Source of the DNA: a virus
Taxonomy: Duplodnaviria > Caudoviricetes
DNA length: 64,000 bases
Reading direction: 5' to 3' (one strand)
Virus record (IMG/VR): IMGVR_UViG_3300033121_001564
Location: 34,476-98,475 of that record
Part shown: positions 18,696-27,503 of the stretch, one piece after another
Position numbering within the stretch: position 1 is the stretch's first letter
Layout: the number at the start of each line of letters is the position of its first letter
Notes under the pieces: model-generated
Told to the model about the DNA's origin: nothing
Database searches by the model: none
The model's input: the letters and a program-made list of their open reading frames with translations, nothing else
Made by a program: the position numbers and the translations under genes

Positions 18696-19145
18696 ATGAT
18701 CGACAAGTGGGACCTGCGGTTCCTGGGGCTGGCCAAGCACGTCGCCTCGTGGTCCAAGGACCCGAGCACGAAGGTCGGCGCCGTGATCGTGGACCAGGAC
18801 CGTCGCGTCGTCTCGCTGGGCTTCAACGGTTTTCCGCGTGGAGTGGAGGATGACCACGAACGCTATGCGGACCGCGAGACGAAACTGCGGATGGTCGTCC
18901 ATGCGGAGAAGAACGCCATCCTGTTTGCCCTGCAGCCACTCGCTGGTTGCGTGCTCTACACCTGGCCGTTCGCCCCGTGCGCCCAGTGTGCCGCGATGGT
19001 GATCCAGGTCGGGATTATCGGGGTGGTGGCGCCCGAGGCGAGTGGCGAGTTGCTACGTCGGTGGGGCGCGGACCTGACGACCGCCACGATGATGTACCGC
19101 GAGGCTGGCGTGAGGTTGGAGTTGGCACCAGGATCGGAGGAGTGA
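18696..19145 (+). CDS. dCMP deaminase family protein
   Basis: SKDPSTKVGAV, GFNGFP, HAEKNA, PCAQC. Confidence 0.95.
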   Translation: MIDKWDLRFLGLAKHVASWSKDPSTKVGAVIVDQDRRVVSLGFNGFPRGVEDDHERYADRETKLRMVVHAEKNAILFALQPLAGCVLYTWPFAPCAQCAAMVIQVGIIGVVAPEASGELLRRWGADLTTATMMYREAGVRLELAPGSEE

Positions 19146-19149
19146 GGCG

Positions 19150-19953
19150 ATGGCGAGGAACAGAAAGAAGCCGACAGGCGAGCCCGCGGCCGAGAAGACG
19201 ACCGTGACCTACCACGACGTCGAGATCACGGGCACGGCGACCGTGGAGGGGTCGAGCGTGACCCTGACCGATGTCGAGGTGAAGGCTCGTGCGGACCGTG
19301 AGGCTGCCGACATGATCGAGGCGCTCCGGATCCGGACCGAGACGGACCCTGGCGCGCCGCCTGTGATGCTCGACGTGGCGACGGCCGAAAGGCTTGCCAG
19401 GTGTGACTCTCCGGTCCCGGACGCCTACCCGCCCGTCGTGGCGGAGCGTCTGGAAGTGCCCCCGGACGCGGCCAGGACCGAGCGGCGGGAGGAGGGCACG
19501 GTGACGGTGGCGATTGGCAGCCACCGTCACGTTCTGTGGGTTGGAAGATGGGAGGAGTATTTCTTCGTCGGCAACGGCGGCATCTATTGCCCCGAACTGG
19601 CGGGGATGCACGCCGGTCAGCGGTTCGAGGCAACCGTGGTGAGGTCCGTACCGTCAGGCAGGGCGATTCGCCTTTTCGAGGTGAAGCCGCTGCCGCCGGC
19701 AGACAGCGAGTTTGGAGCGTCACACCCGCCCATCCCCAACCACATCGTTCGCGCTGTACCCCCCGCCCCTCTCCGCTGGGAGTATGCCGACGAATCCATC
19801 CTGCGATGCGACTTTGCCGCCCGGCAGGAAGCCCGCACCTCCGACGGCTGGGAGTTGTTCTCTGTCTCCGTCGAACGTCGGCACCAGGGGCTGGAATTCA
19901 TCACGATCTGGAAACGGCCCCGGCCCGTTACCGTGGAACCCACGAAGGAGTGA
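19150..19953 (+). CDS. Hypothetical protein
   Basis: GAGG RBS; 267 aa. Confidence 0.65.
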   Translation: MARNRKKPTGEPAAEKTTVTYHDVEITGTATVEGSSVTLTDVEVKARADREAADMIEALRIRTETDPGAPPVMLDVATAERLARCDSPVPDAYPPVVAERLEVPPDAARTERREEGTVTVAIGSHRHVLWVGRWEEYFFVGNGGIYCPELAGMHAGQRFEATVVRSVPSGRAIRLFEVKPLPPADSEFGASHPPIPNHIVRAVPPAPLRWEYADESILRCDFAARQEARTSDGWELFSVSVERRHQGLEFITIWKRPRPVTVEPTKE

Positions 19954-19955
19954 CC

Positions 19956-20189
19956 ATGCCTGAGACCTGCAAGACCTGCAAGCACTGGCACCAGGCGCCG
20001 ATCGACCCGATGAACCTGGGGGCGCCACGGTCGGGGACCTGCCGCGAGCAACCGCATCTGATGGCACTGCCCGTGCAGGGCCCCAGCGGGCAGATGGCGG
20101 TGCAGATGCAGGTGATCTACATTCAGACGCCGGAAGGGTTCCTGGCGTGCGGGCGGCACGCGCCGCGTGAGGAAGGGGTGGTGGAATGA
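19956..20189 (+). CDS. Small Cys-containing protein
   Basis: CKTCKHW...GTC...CGRH. Confidence 0.65.
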   Translation: MPETCKTCKHWHQAPIDPMNLGAPRSGTCREQPHLMALPVQGPSGQMAVQMQVIYIQTPEGFLACGRHAPREEGVVE

Positions 20190-20974
20190 GTCAGGTAAGG
20201 GATCTTGCCGACGTTCTGCCCGGAATGGGGAGGCGTCGCAAAACCTTTCGAGTGTCCCCGGCGGTGATCCTGACCCTCATGGGGTGCTGGCGCAAACACG
20301 ACATCATCCAACTGCCGGTCCTGGAGCTTCCAGCGGACGCCGTCCTGTCGGATGTGATCTACGAACCGCTCCTTCACGCGTTCACTTTTTTGGTCTACAG
20401 CGAGACCTTCCCGGAAGTTCCCGAGGGTGAATATGCTCCCGCCATAGAGGCTGACTGGCAGACCGTGGAGTTGCACGGCAGGTTCCTCGACTTGCTGTCG
20501 CGGTACGTCATGGAGAGGCATGCCGGGTTGGAGGTTACTCCCGACGAGGAGCTATTGCTGGAGGCGCGACGCATCGTCGAGGCCGGGGTGACACGCCCGC
20601 CACTGTCCAGGATCGGGCAGTTGGAGCGGGACCTGGACGGCGGCAGGTTTGCGACGCTGCACGCGATCGGCGACGTCCTCGAGGAGCAGGGCGATGGGGT
20701 GCTGGCGTCGGGGTATCATTGGCTGGCAGTCAACAAGAGGTGGCCGGCCCACCACAGCGGGCTCTACGAATGGTATTGTGATGGGACCTACGCAGCGTCG
20801 GACTTTCCCACATGGGGAGACCGCAGTCGGCTCCCCGCAGAAGTCTACGACGGACTGCCGGACGCTGCAGAGGACCAGGCCAGGATCAAGGTCGCGACCG
20901 TCACGGAATCCGGATCGCTGCGGTTGGCCGCACAGGCGGCTGGCGCGTGGTTGCTGGAACAGGAGACCGCATGA
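20186..20974 (+). CDS. Hypothetical protein with internal TIGR02996-like motif
   Basis: LHAIGDVLEEQGD resembles the ADWLEEQG core. Confidence 0.65.
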   Translation: MSQVRDLADVLPGMGRRRKTFRVSPAVILTLMGCWRKHDIIQLPVLELPADAVLSDVIYEPLLHAFTFLVYSETFPEVPEGEYAPAIEADWQTVELHGRFLDLLSRYVMERHAGLEVTPDEELLLEARRIVEAGVTRPPLSRIGQLERDLDGGRFATLHAIGDVLEEQGDGVLASGYHWLAVNKRWPAHHSGLYEWYCDGTYAASDFPTWGDRSRLPAEVYDGLPDAAEDQARIKVATVTESGSLRLAAQAAGAWLLEQETA

Positions 20975-21432
20975 GCAGCGGCATCATCATCGGCTTCACC
21001 GGCACGCGGACTGGTCTGACATCATCCCAGGATGCGGCCCTTCGCAACGTCCTTTTTGCCCTGCACGACGAGCACCTGTCGCCACTGGAGTTGCACCACG
21101 GGGACTGTGTGGGGGCGGATGCGCGTGTTCGCGCGATGTTCCTGGAGCTGTTCCCCGGCGAGCGTGTGGTCATTCACCCGCCCGTGGATGCAAGGTTCCG
21201 GGCGAACTGCGGCGGGGAGGGCAGCAGCATCACCTGGCGCAAACCCAGGACCTACCAGGCCCGCAACCGGGACATCGTCCTCGAGTGCGACCTCCTCCTC
21301 GGTTGCCCCCGGGAGATGGTGCGCCAGACGTTCGGCGGAACGTGGTACACGCTCGACTACGCGAAGAAAATGTTTCGCAAGACGAAGATCCTCTGGCCCG
21401 ACGGGAGTGTTAGCGATGGAGTCTCGAACTAA
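20971..21432 (+). CDS. SLOG/YspA-like nucleotide-binding protein
   Basis: IGFTGTR, HHGDCVGAD, ARNRDIV, GGTWYT. Confidence 0.8.
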   Translation: MSSGIIIGFTGTRTGLTSSQDAALRNVLFALHDEHLSPLELHHGDCVGADARVRAMFLELFPGERVVIHPPVDARFRANCGGEGSSITWRKPRTYQARNRDIVLECDLLLGCPREMVRQTFGGTWYTLDYAKKMFRKTKILWPDGSVSDGVSN

Positions 21433-21460
21433 TACTCCGTGCTAACATGGAGTTCACGCC

Positions 21461-22153
21461 ATGATACGACGACAGCCCACCGACGCCATGCCACCACCCT
21501 GGCACGACCCCACGGGCTGGGCGTGGATGGTCTACTGTCGGGACGTCCTGGGCGAGCAACTGGCGCGCCGCAAGCGGGAGTACCTGCAGGCCGTTCGGCG
21601 TGCCCTGGGGCTTCTGCGACAACCGAAGAAGGTGTTGATCGAGGACGTGGGCAGCACCCATCAGATCCCCTATGTGGAAGCCGAGCGGTGGCGATCGGGC
21701 GGTGCGACGGTCAGCATGTCCGGCGCCGTGATGACGGCGACGGTAGCGAAACCCTGGTATGTGTGGCCGGGCGACAAGAGTTTCGGCGTCAGGAAGAACC
21801 TCCGCTGGTGGACTCTTACCGCTGCCGCGTCCCAGTTCCATGACAGTCGGCTGGACCGTCGTTCGGAGTGGCCGCTAGCCGACAAGGTACTCTCGTCGCC
21901 TCTCGACTTCGTCGGTATGACGGACCCCCAGAGCAACTTCTTCTGTCTCTGTGCGTCGTTCATCACCAGCGTTTCCGGTGCCGTCGGGACGTTGCGATTG
22001 CCACACGCTGCCGGGGAAATCTCCGAGTGGGTAAAAGCGGGGCGCGGCACGGAGGTTCTCGTCCCCGTGGACTGGGACGAGGAGGTTGCGCATTCGGGCA
22101 AGGAACTGTGGGGCGGATGGCGTCACAGGCTGATCCGGAGGGGCGTGCAATGA
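21461..22153 (+). CDS. Hypothetical protein
   Basis: GGAG RBS; 230 aa. Confidence 0.65.
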   Translation: MIRRQPTDAMPPPWHDPTGWAWMVYCRDVLGEQLARRKREYLQAVRRALGLLRQPKKVLIEDVGSTHQIPYVEAERWRSGGATVSMSGAVMTATVAKPWYVWPGDKSFGVRKNLRWWTLTAAASQFHDSRLDRRSEWPLADKVLSSPLDFVGMTDPQSNFFCLCASFITSVSGAVGTLRLPHAAGEISEWVKAGRGTEVLVPVDWDEEVAHSGKELWGGWRHRLIRRGVQ

Positions 22154-22860
22154 CCGCCGACGAGGAAAAGGCCGCACTGCTGCGTGCCGTGTGTGAGAGT
22201 CCGGGGGATGACCTGCCCCGGTTGGCGTACGCGGATCACTGCGAGGAGGCGGGGGAGTCCGTCGTCTCGAACTACATTCGTGCGTCGATCGAGGTGCACC
22301 ACTTTCCCGACGCGCCCGACTCCCTATCGCGATACGAACACGCATGGGAGTCGCTGCGTGCGTCCATCGACGTCAGACTTACCGATCACGTTCCGCACTG
22401 GATCAACGACGCGACTCGCACGAACGGGGTTGCCTGGGTTATGCGTCGCGGGTTTCTGGACACGATACTCTGTCCCCTCAGTTGGTTCTGGGGTCAGGGC
22501 GACGATCAGTTTTCGCGACTGTTTCGGACGTGCCCAGTCGTAGCGGTGAGAGTCCGCGACAAGGAGCCAGCCAGAAGGATGATCGCCACGACTCGCGGGG
22601 TTAGCGTCACCACCTTCCACCATTTCTGGAATGCGGAGGTGCCAGCGATAGTCCAGTTTTTCCAGGAGAGAGGGATAGGTCGCGAGGACTCGTCGCGTGC
22701 AAGATATATTCCTGAGGAACTCTTCCTCGATCCAGGCTGCGGGTTGAGTGACGGATCGGGGTCGCCGACCCTGTTCGACTCCAGAGAGGATGCCTTTGCC
22801 GGGCTCTCCCTCTGCCTCGTGAACCGTGGCCGCATGCTCGCCGGTCTGCCTCCGCTTTGA
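22150..22860 (+). CDS. TIGR02996 domain-containing protein
   Basis: EKAALLRAVCESPGDDLPRLAYADHCEEAGE...YIR, then RRGF. Confidence 0.88.
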   Translation: MTADEEKAALLRAVCESPGDDLPRLAYADHCEEAGESVVSNYIRASIEVHHFPDAPDSLSRYEHAWESLRASIDVRLTDHVPHWINDATRTNGVAWVMRRGFLDTILCPLSWFWGQGDDQFSRLFRTCPVVAVRVRDKEPARRMIATTRGVSVTTFHHFWNAEVPAIVQFFQERGIGREDSSRARYIPEELFLDPGCGLSDGSGSPTLFDSREDAFAGLSLCLVNRGRMLAGLPPL

Positions 22861-22906
22861 TCTCCCCCCTCCCCGCATGCGAAGATCCCCCGCTGGGGAG
22901 AGACGC

Positions 22907-24700
22907 ATGCATGCCCGAAACGGCCAACCTGTCCTGCTCGACCAGTACGGCAACCCCTACCGGAGGGACGGGAGTGCCCGCCCGGGGGGGATCGCCCTGC
23001 CGCACGGGCTGATGTTCGTCTCGAAGTACCAGGGGGGAGGGAACACCTATCTCCACCAGCTCTGGGACGAGGCGCTGAAGGCGGGCCGCGAGGAGGCCAT
23101 CGCCATGCGCCGCGACCTGCACCTGCGCGGGCTGCTGCAGGAGCGCATGCTGGCGGTTGCCTCGCTCCCCTGGCACCTCGAGGTCCCCGACGAGAAGGAC
23201 CCCTACCAGACGCGAGTCCGAGACGGCATGACCCGCCTGATGAAAGGCGTGCGGTCGTTCCGCCGGATGGTCTGGTGGTGGCTCGAGGCGATCTGGTACG
23301 GACGCTATGGCGTCCAGGTGGAATGGGAGTGGTGCGACTTCCACGACCACCCCAACGAGGCGCCAAAGGCCGAGACCAGCCTGCCGACCGGCCCCGCGTC
23401 GGCCGGGTCGTCCGCGGGCAAATTGCGGCGGGGCATCACGATCGCCCAGAGCTGGGGCATCAACGGCGACAAGATCGGGCACCAGTACGACCACACGCCC
23501 TATGTGCTGATGAACTCAGCCGATGTGAAGAACATCCCCGGTGCCGAGACGATCGTCACCTCCGTCGGCGGGCACGGGCTTTTACTCACGGGGGACTGGC
23601 TCGAGCGGATCCTGATCCACAAACACTGGCAGGAGGACGCGGACTTCTTCGACTCTTCGTCCGCGGAGGCGATCCACGGCGTCGGGTTGCGGTCGATTGC
23701 CTACTGGTTCTACTGGCTGAAGATGCAGTGGCTGGGGGACGTGACCGACTTCTTCGACCGCGTGGGCTTGGGTGTGACCATCTGGAAGTACCCCCGGGGA
23801 TCGGCGGAGGGGCTCGCGCAGGTCAAGGCCGCCGCGAACGCACAGAGCGAGCGGGCGCACATCTTCGTGCCCGTGGACCCCGACGATGTGAACAAGGCGG
23901 GCACGGGGATCGACCGCATGGAGGTCCCCACGAGTGGTGCGGATGCGCTGGTCCGACTGATCGAGTACGCGGACAAGATCATCGAGCGCTACTTCGTGGG
24001 CCAGGAAGCCAGTTCGTCGGGGAGCAGCTCGGGGCTCGGCAACGAGGCCAACGCCGCCTTCCAGATGGACACGAAGGCCAAGATCACGATGAGCGATGCC
24101 GCGCTGCTGGCGGAGACACTGACGGGCAGCGCGCGGGAGCCGGGGTTGCTCTCGATCGCCCAGAAGTATTCCTTCCCCGAGGCAGACTTCCCCGTCAGGT
24201 GGGTATTCGACGTCGAGCGCGCGGAGAGCGAGAAGAAGGTCCAGTCCGGCAAGACGATGGTGGAACTGGGCGTGGACATCAAGGCCGACGAGTTGCGCGC
24301 TGCTGCCGGGTTCAGCAAACCCGCGCAGGGCGACGAGCTGGTCAAGCCGCCGCAGCAACCAGGGGCGCCGGGCGCGCCGGGCGGGATGCCGGGAGCGCCG
24401 GGTGCCGACGGTGCGGATGTGGGACAGGACCCGCTGGCGGCACTCATGGGTGGAGGCGCGGGTCCCGGTGCCGAGGATGCCGGGCAACCCGGGGAGGAGC
24501 AGGCTCAGCCCGGTGCGGAGGAAGGGGCACCCGGGGAATCTGCGGAGCCCGTGCAGGCGGGGAACTTCCTGGAGGCGCTGCGACACTCTCGGGATCGGCT
24601 GGCTCGTGCTGTTCGGCACCTGCGGCAGCGTGGGCGCAGCGACCTTGCCGCGCAACTGGTGGCCGCGCACGGCCGGAAAGTCGGGAGGAAGGCACCGTGA
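22907..24700 (+). CDS. Portal protein (DUF935/Mu gp29-like)
   Basis: LLDQYGNP N-terminus, EAIWYG, GVGLR..AYW, Pro/Gly/acidic tail; position in head module. Confidence 0.8.
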   Translation: MHARNGQPVLLDQYGNPYRRDGSARPGGIALPHGLMFVSKYQGGGNTYLHQLWDEALKAGREEAIAMRRDLHLRGLLQERMLAVASLPWHLEVPDEKDPYQTRVRDGMTRLMKGVRSFRRMVWWWLEAIWYGRYGVQVEWEWCDFHDHPNEAPKAETSLPTGPASAGSSAGKLRRGITIAQSWGINGDKIGHQYDHTPYVLMNSADVKNIPGAETIVTSVGGHGLLLTGDWLERILIHKHWQEDADFFDSSSAEAIHGVGLRSIAYWFYWLKMQWLGDVTDFFDRVGLGVTIWKYPRGSAEGLAQVKAAANAQSERAHIFVPVDPDDVNKAGTGIDRMEVPTSGADALVRLIEYADKIIERYFVGQEASSSGSSSGLGNEANAAFQMDTKAKITMSDAALLAETLTGSAREPGLLSIAQKYSFPEADFPVRWVFDVERAESEKKVQSGKTMVELGVDIKADELRAAAGFSKPAQGDELVKPPQQPGAPGAPGGMPGAPGADGADVGQDPLAALMGGGAGPGAEDAGQPGEEQAQPGAEEGAPGESAEPVQAGNFLEALRHSRDRLARAVRHLRQRGRSDLAAQLVAAHGRKVGRKAP

Positions 24701-27501
24701 ACGATCACCTCGCCGACGCCGTCCTGGACATGATCCTGGGCGCCGACCACGACGACCAGGCACTGTCCGCTCTCGACGACTTCGAGGCGATGGTTCCCCT
24801 GACGCCCGCGCCGGCACCGGCACCCGTGGCTCCGCCGCCGGTCGCCTCCCCGCCGCATCTGGAGACCGTCGAGCGTTTCGCCCGACGACTCGAACGCACC
24901 TCCCGCCGGCTCGACCGTGCCCTCCGTTATGCCTGGGAGAACAAGGGTAACGCTGGCACCTCCAAGCGGGGATTGCCCCTCTACAAGTGGCACTGGGACG
25001 GCTCGGACGGCAAACGTCAGCGGGACCGGATCCAGAGTGTCGAGCCCGGCAAGGGTCGGCAGCCCGCCGCAGAGGGGCAGAAGCCCGCACCAGCAAAGCC
25101 CGCGAAGCCCCCGAAGCAGACCATCGACGCGGTTCACGATGAGCTGTCCCAACTGAACCGCGAGGACGTCACCGAGGAGCACGTCGCCAGGCTCACGGCG
25201 GGGATGCTCACCCTGACGAAGCAGCAGTTGCACGAACTGCGTGGGCGCCTCGGGCTTCCCGAGCGTGGGACGAAGTCTCTGGCCAAGAGCCCGCTGGCGC
25301 AGCGGATCCTCGAGCATGTGCGGGGCGGGGGCAAACAGGAGCCAGCCGGGAAGCCCGAGGCGAAGCCGGCGACTGGGCGTACGCCGAAGGGCCCCGACGT
25401 GGACACTCTGGGCAAGATCGACCGTGTTCTGGAAGGATACGCCAAAGGCGAGGGCGACCCGGAGTATTTCGGGAAGTTGCTCGAACGGTTAGGCGTCGCC
25501 GATCTTCGCACGGTGGCGAAGAAGGTCGAGGCGCTGGCGTCGCGGACGAAGGAGGGTCTGCGGAAGGGGATCACGGAGAAGGTGGCGGCACTGGCGCCAG
25601 CGGGACAGGCGGAGGCAACCACTCCGGTAACCACCCCGGCAACCGAAACGGGGACGCCGACCAGTGGGGCAGGCACGCGACCCGCGACGGCGCAGGGCGG
25701 CACCCCCAGGACTTCCGGGAAACCCACGACGCACTACGACGAGCAGTCTGCACTGTCTCGCATGTTTGCCGCCGAGCCCAGGCTCGAGCGGATGCCGACG
25801 ACCCCCGTGACCATCATGGACATGATGCACGGGCTGCCACCGCAGCAGAAGGAGAGCCTGTCGAAGGCGCTCTTCGACCTGGCGGATCGCGGAATCGTCG
25901 CCCTGCATCGGCAGGATAACCTCAACCTCCTGCGCCCCGAAGAACGGGCGAACCTGCTCCACGACCCAGAGTCGGGGATGTACTTCACCGCCGTCGCCTT
26001 TCGCGACCCGGACTCGGCCCCGAAGCCCGATGCCAGGGCGGTGGCACGCGAAAAGGGGACGATCGTCGAAAGGCCCGCGCCGCCCGCGCCGCCAGCGCCG
26101 ACGACGGCTGAAATGACCCCCAGGGAGCCGCCCGCACCGCCCAGGATGCTCCAGCGCAGCGAGGCTGCGGCGATCGAAAAGCAGTTCGGGATGGGGGCAA
26201 GGGATTCCGGGGTGGATCACGCGCTAGCGGCAAGGATCGGCTTCGTGGCCGACGCCGTCGCCGCAGGGAAGCAACCGGACGCCGGGCTCGTCAATCAGTT
26301 GCAGGCGTGGGTCAAGGGTGCCGACACCGACCCCTACGGCTACGGACAGTTTGGCTCGAAGGAAGCCTACGAGGCCGCGACGAGTCTCCTCCATACGGCA
26401 AGGAACCTGGCGCAATCGCAGCCATCCCCAGGGGCCGGCGCATTGTCCGGAAGCGAAGCGACTGCGTCCGCAAGTCCTCCACCTACTCCAGCCCCCGCCG
26501 GCCGCAAGGGCACCATCTACGGTCTGCCCAACGCCGTCTACGACCAGCTCTACGAGCAACTCCAGAAGGGCGACCGTGCGGGCGCTGAGAATGCGCTGCG
26601 CGAGGCTGCATCACGGTACGGGATACACGACGCCAACACCAAGCAGGTTGCACGGGCGTTGATGCAGCAACTGAAGGAGGAGCAGGCAGGCCCCGCGAAA
26701 CCGACGGTTCCCGCCTCCACCCCGAAGTCCGCCCCATCCGTCTCCGGGCTGGCCACGGCCTTTCGCGACCTGGACAGCAAGGGATTCAACCAGGTCTCTC
26801 TGGACAAACTCGCCGAGAAGACTGGCTACACCCCGGAGCAACTCCACGGCGTGGTCCGGGACCTGATCAAGAAGGGTGTACTCTCCGGGCAGGGTCCGGA
26901 GGGACGCCACGGGCTCTCTGATCGCGAGCGGCGGGCGATGATCCCGTCCCAGGGACCGCACGATCCGGGTGTGCTGTACGTCAGCGTGCGGCCGGGGATG
27001 GAGCGGGAGTTCGAGAGGCTGACAGGTCAGGGGGCAGGTACTGTTGCGACCCCAACTCCAGTCACGCCAGCACCTTCGAGCCCGCAACGTAAGCCAACTG
27101 CGCAGCCCAGGAAGCCCGAGTCGCCCACAACTGGTGCCACGCCGCCCACATTCGGCATCCCGGATCTGGACAACGGGTTACGGTCCGCTCGCGGACCAGC
27201 AGAGGTGATCCCTCTGTTGTACCGCTCTGCTGGAACGATTGGTCTGGTCCAGAGCGCCACGGACCGGAAGACGTCGCGGGAGGTGCTCGAATACGTCGAT
27301 CGGGTGTTGCCGACGTTGCGAGCGCCCGAGGTCGCTGCCGTGGGCAAGGCGATGGGGTTCCCGAAGGCCAATGCGGCATTCGTCCGCGAGGCGATCGAGG
27401 CCCGCATCGGAGGCACGATTCGATCACGCATGACCGAGGGTGGCGCTGCCGAGAAGGCTGCCGCCCGCAGGGATCTCGAAAAGCTCGGATGGAAGGGGTA
27501 A
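24697..27501 (+). CDS. Large (~934 aa) modular protein, probable virion internal protein
   Basis: GTG start overlapping the portal stop after GGAGG; acidic leader; small domains joined by Pro/Ala/Thr linkers. Confidence 0.75.
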   Translation: MNDHLADAVLDMILGADHDDQALSALDDFEAMVPLTPAPAPAPVAPPPVASPPHLETVERFARRLERTSRRLDRALRYAWENKGNAGTSKRGLPLYKWHWDGSDGKRQRDRIQSVEPGKGRQPAAEGQKPAPAKPAKPPKQTIDAVHDELSQLNREDVTEEHVARLTAGMLTLTKQQLHELRGRLGLPERGTKSLAKSPLAQRILEHVRGGGKQEPAGKPEAKPATGRTPKGPDVDTLGKIDRVLEGYAKGEGDPEYFGKLLERLGVADLRTVAKKVEALASRTKEGLRKGITEKVAALAPAGQAEATTPVTTPATETGTPTSGAGTRPATAQGGTPRTSGKPTTHYDEQSALSRMFAAEPRLERMPTTPVTIMDMMHGLPPQQKESLSKALFDLADRGIVALHRQDNLNLLRPEERANLLHDPESGMYFTAVAFRDPDSAPKPDARAVAREKGTIVERPAPPAPPAPTTAEMTPREPPAPPRMLQRSEAAAIEKQFGMGARDSGVDHALAARIGFVADAVAAGKQPDAGLVNQLQAWVKGADTDPYGYGQFGSKEAYEAATSLLHTARNLAQSQPSPGAGALSGSEATASASPPPTPAPAGRKGTIYGLPNAVYDQLYEQLQKGDRAGAENALREAASRYGIHDANTKQVARALMQQLKEEQAGPAKPTVPASTPKSAPSVSGLATAFRDLDSKGFNQVSLDKLAEKTGYTPEQLHGVVRDLIKKGVLSGQGPEGRHGLSDRERRAMIPSQGPHDPGVLYVSVRPGMEREFERLTGQGAGTVATPTPVTPAPSSPQRKPTAQPRKPESPTTGATPPTFGIPDLDNGLRSARGPAEVIPLLYRSAGTIGLVQSATDRKTSREVLEYVDRVLPTLRAPEVAAVGKAMGFPKANAAFVREAIEARIGGTIRSRMTEGGAAEKAAARRDLEKLGWKG

Positions 27502-27503
27502 CG

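Noticed and set aside
23275-24696. N-terminal 474 codons of the 1408-aa ORF overlapping the portal
   Set aside because: Arg/Gly-rich shadow translation. A GTG with GGAGG at 24697 coupled to the portal stop is the better start, and I saw no slippery site supporting a fusion.
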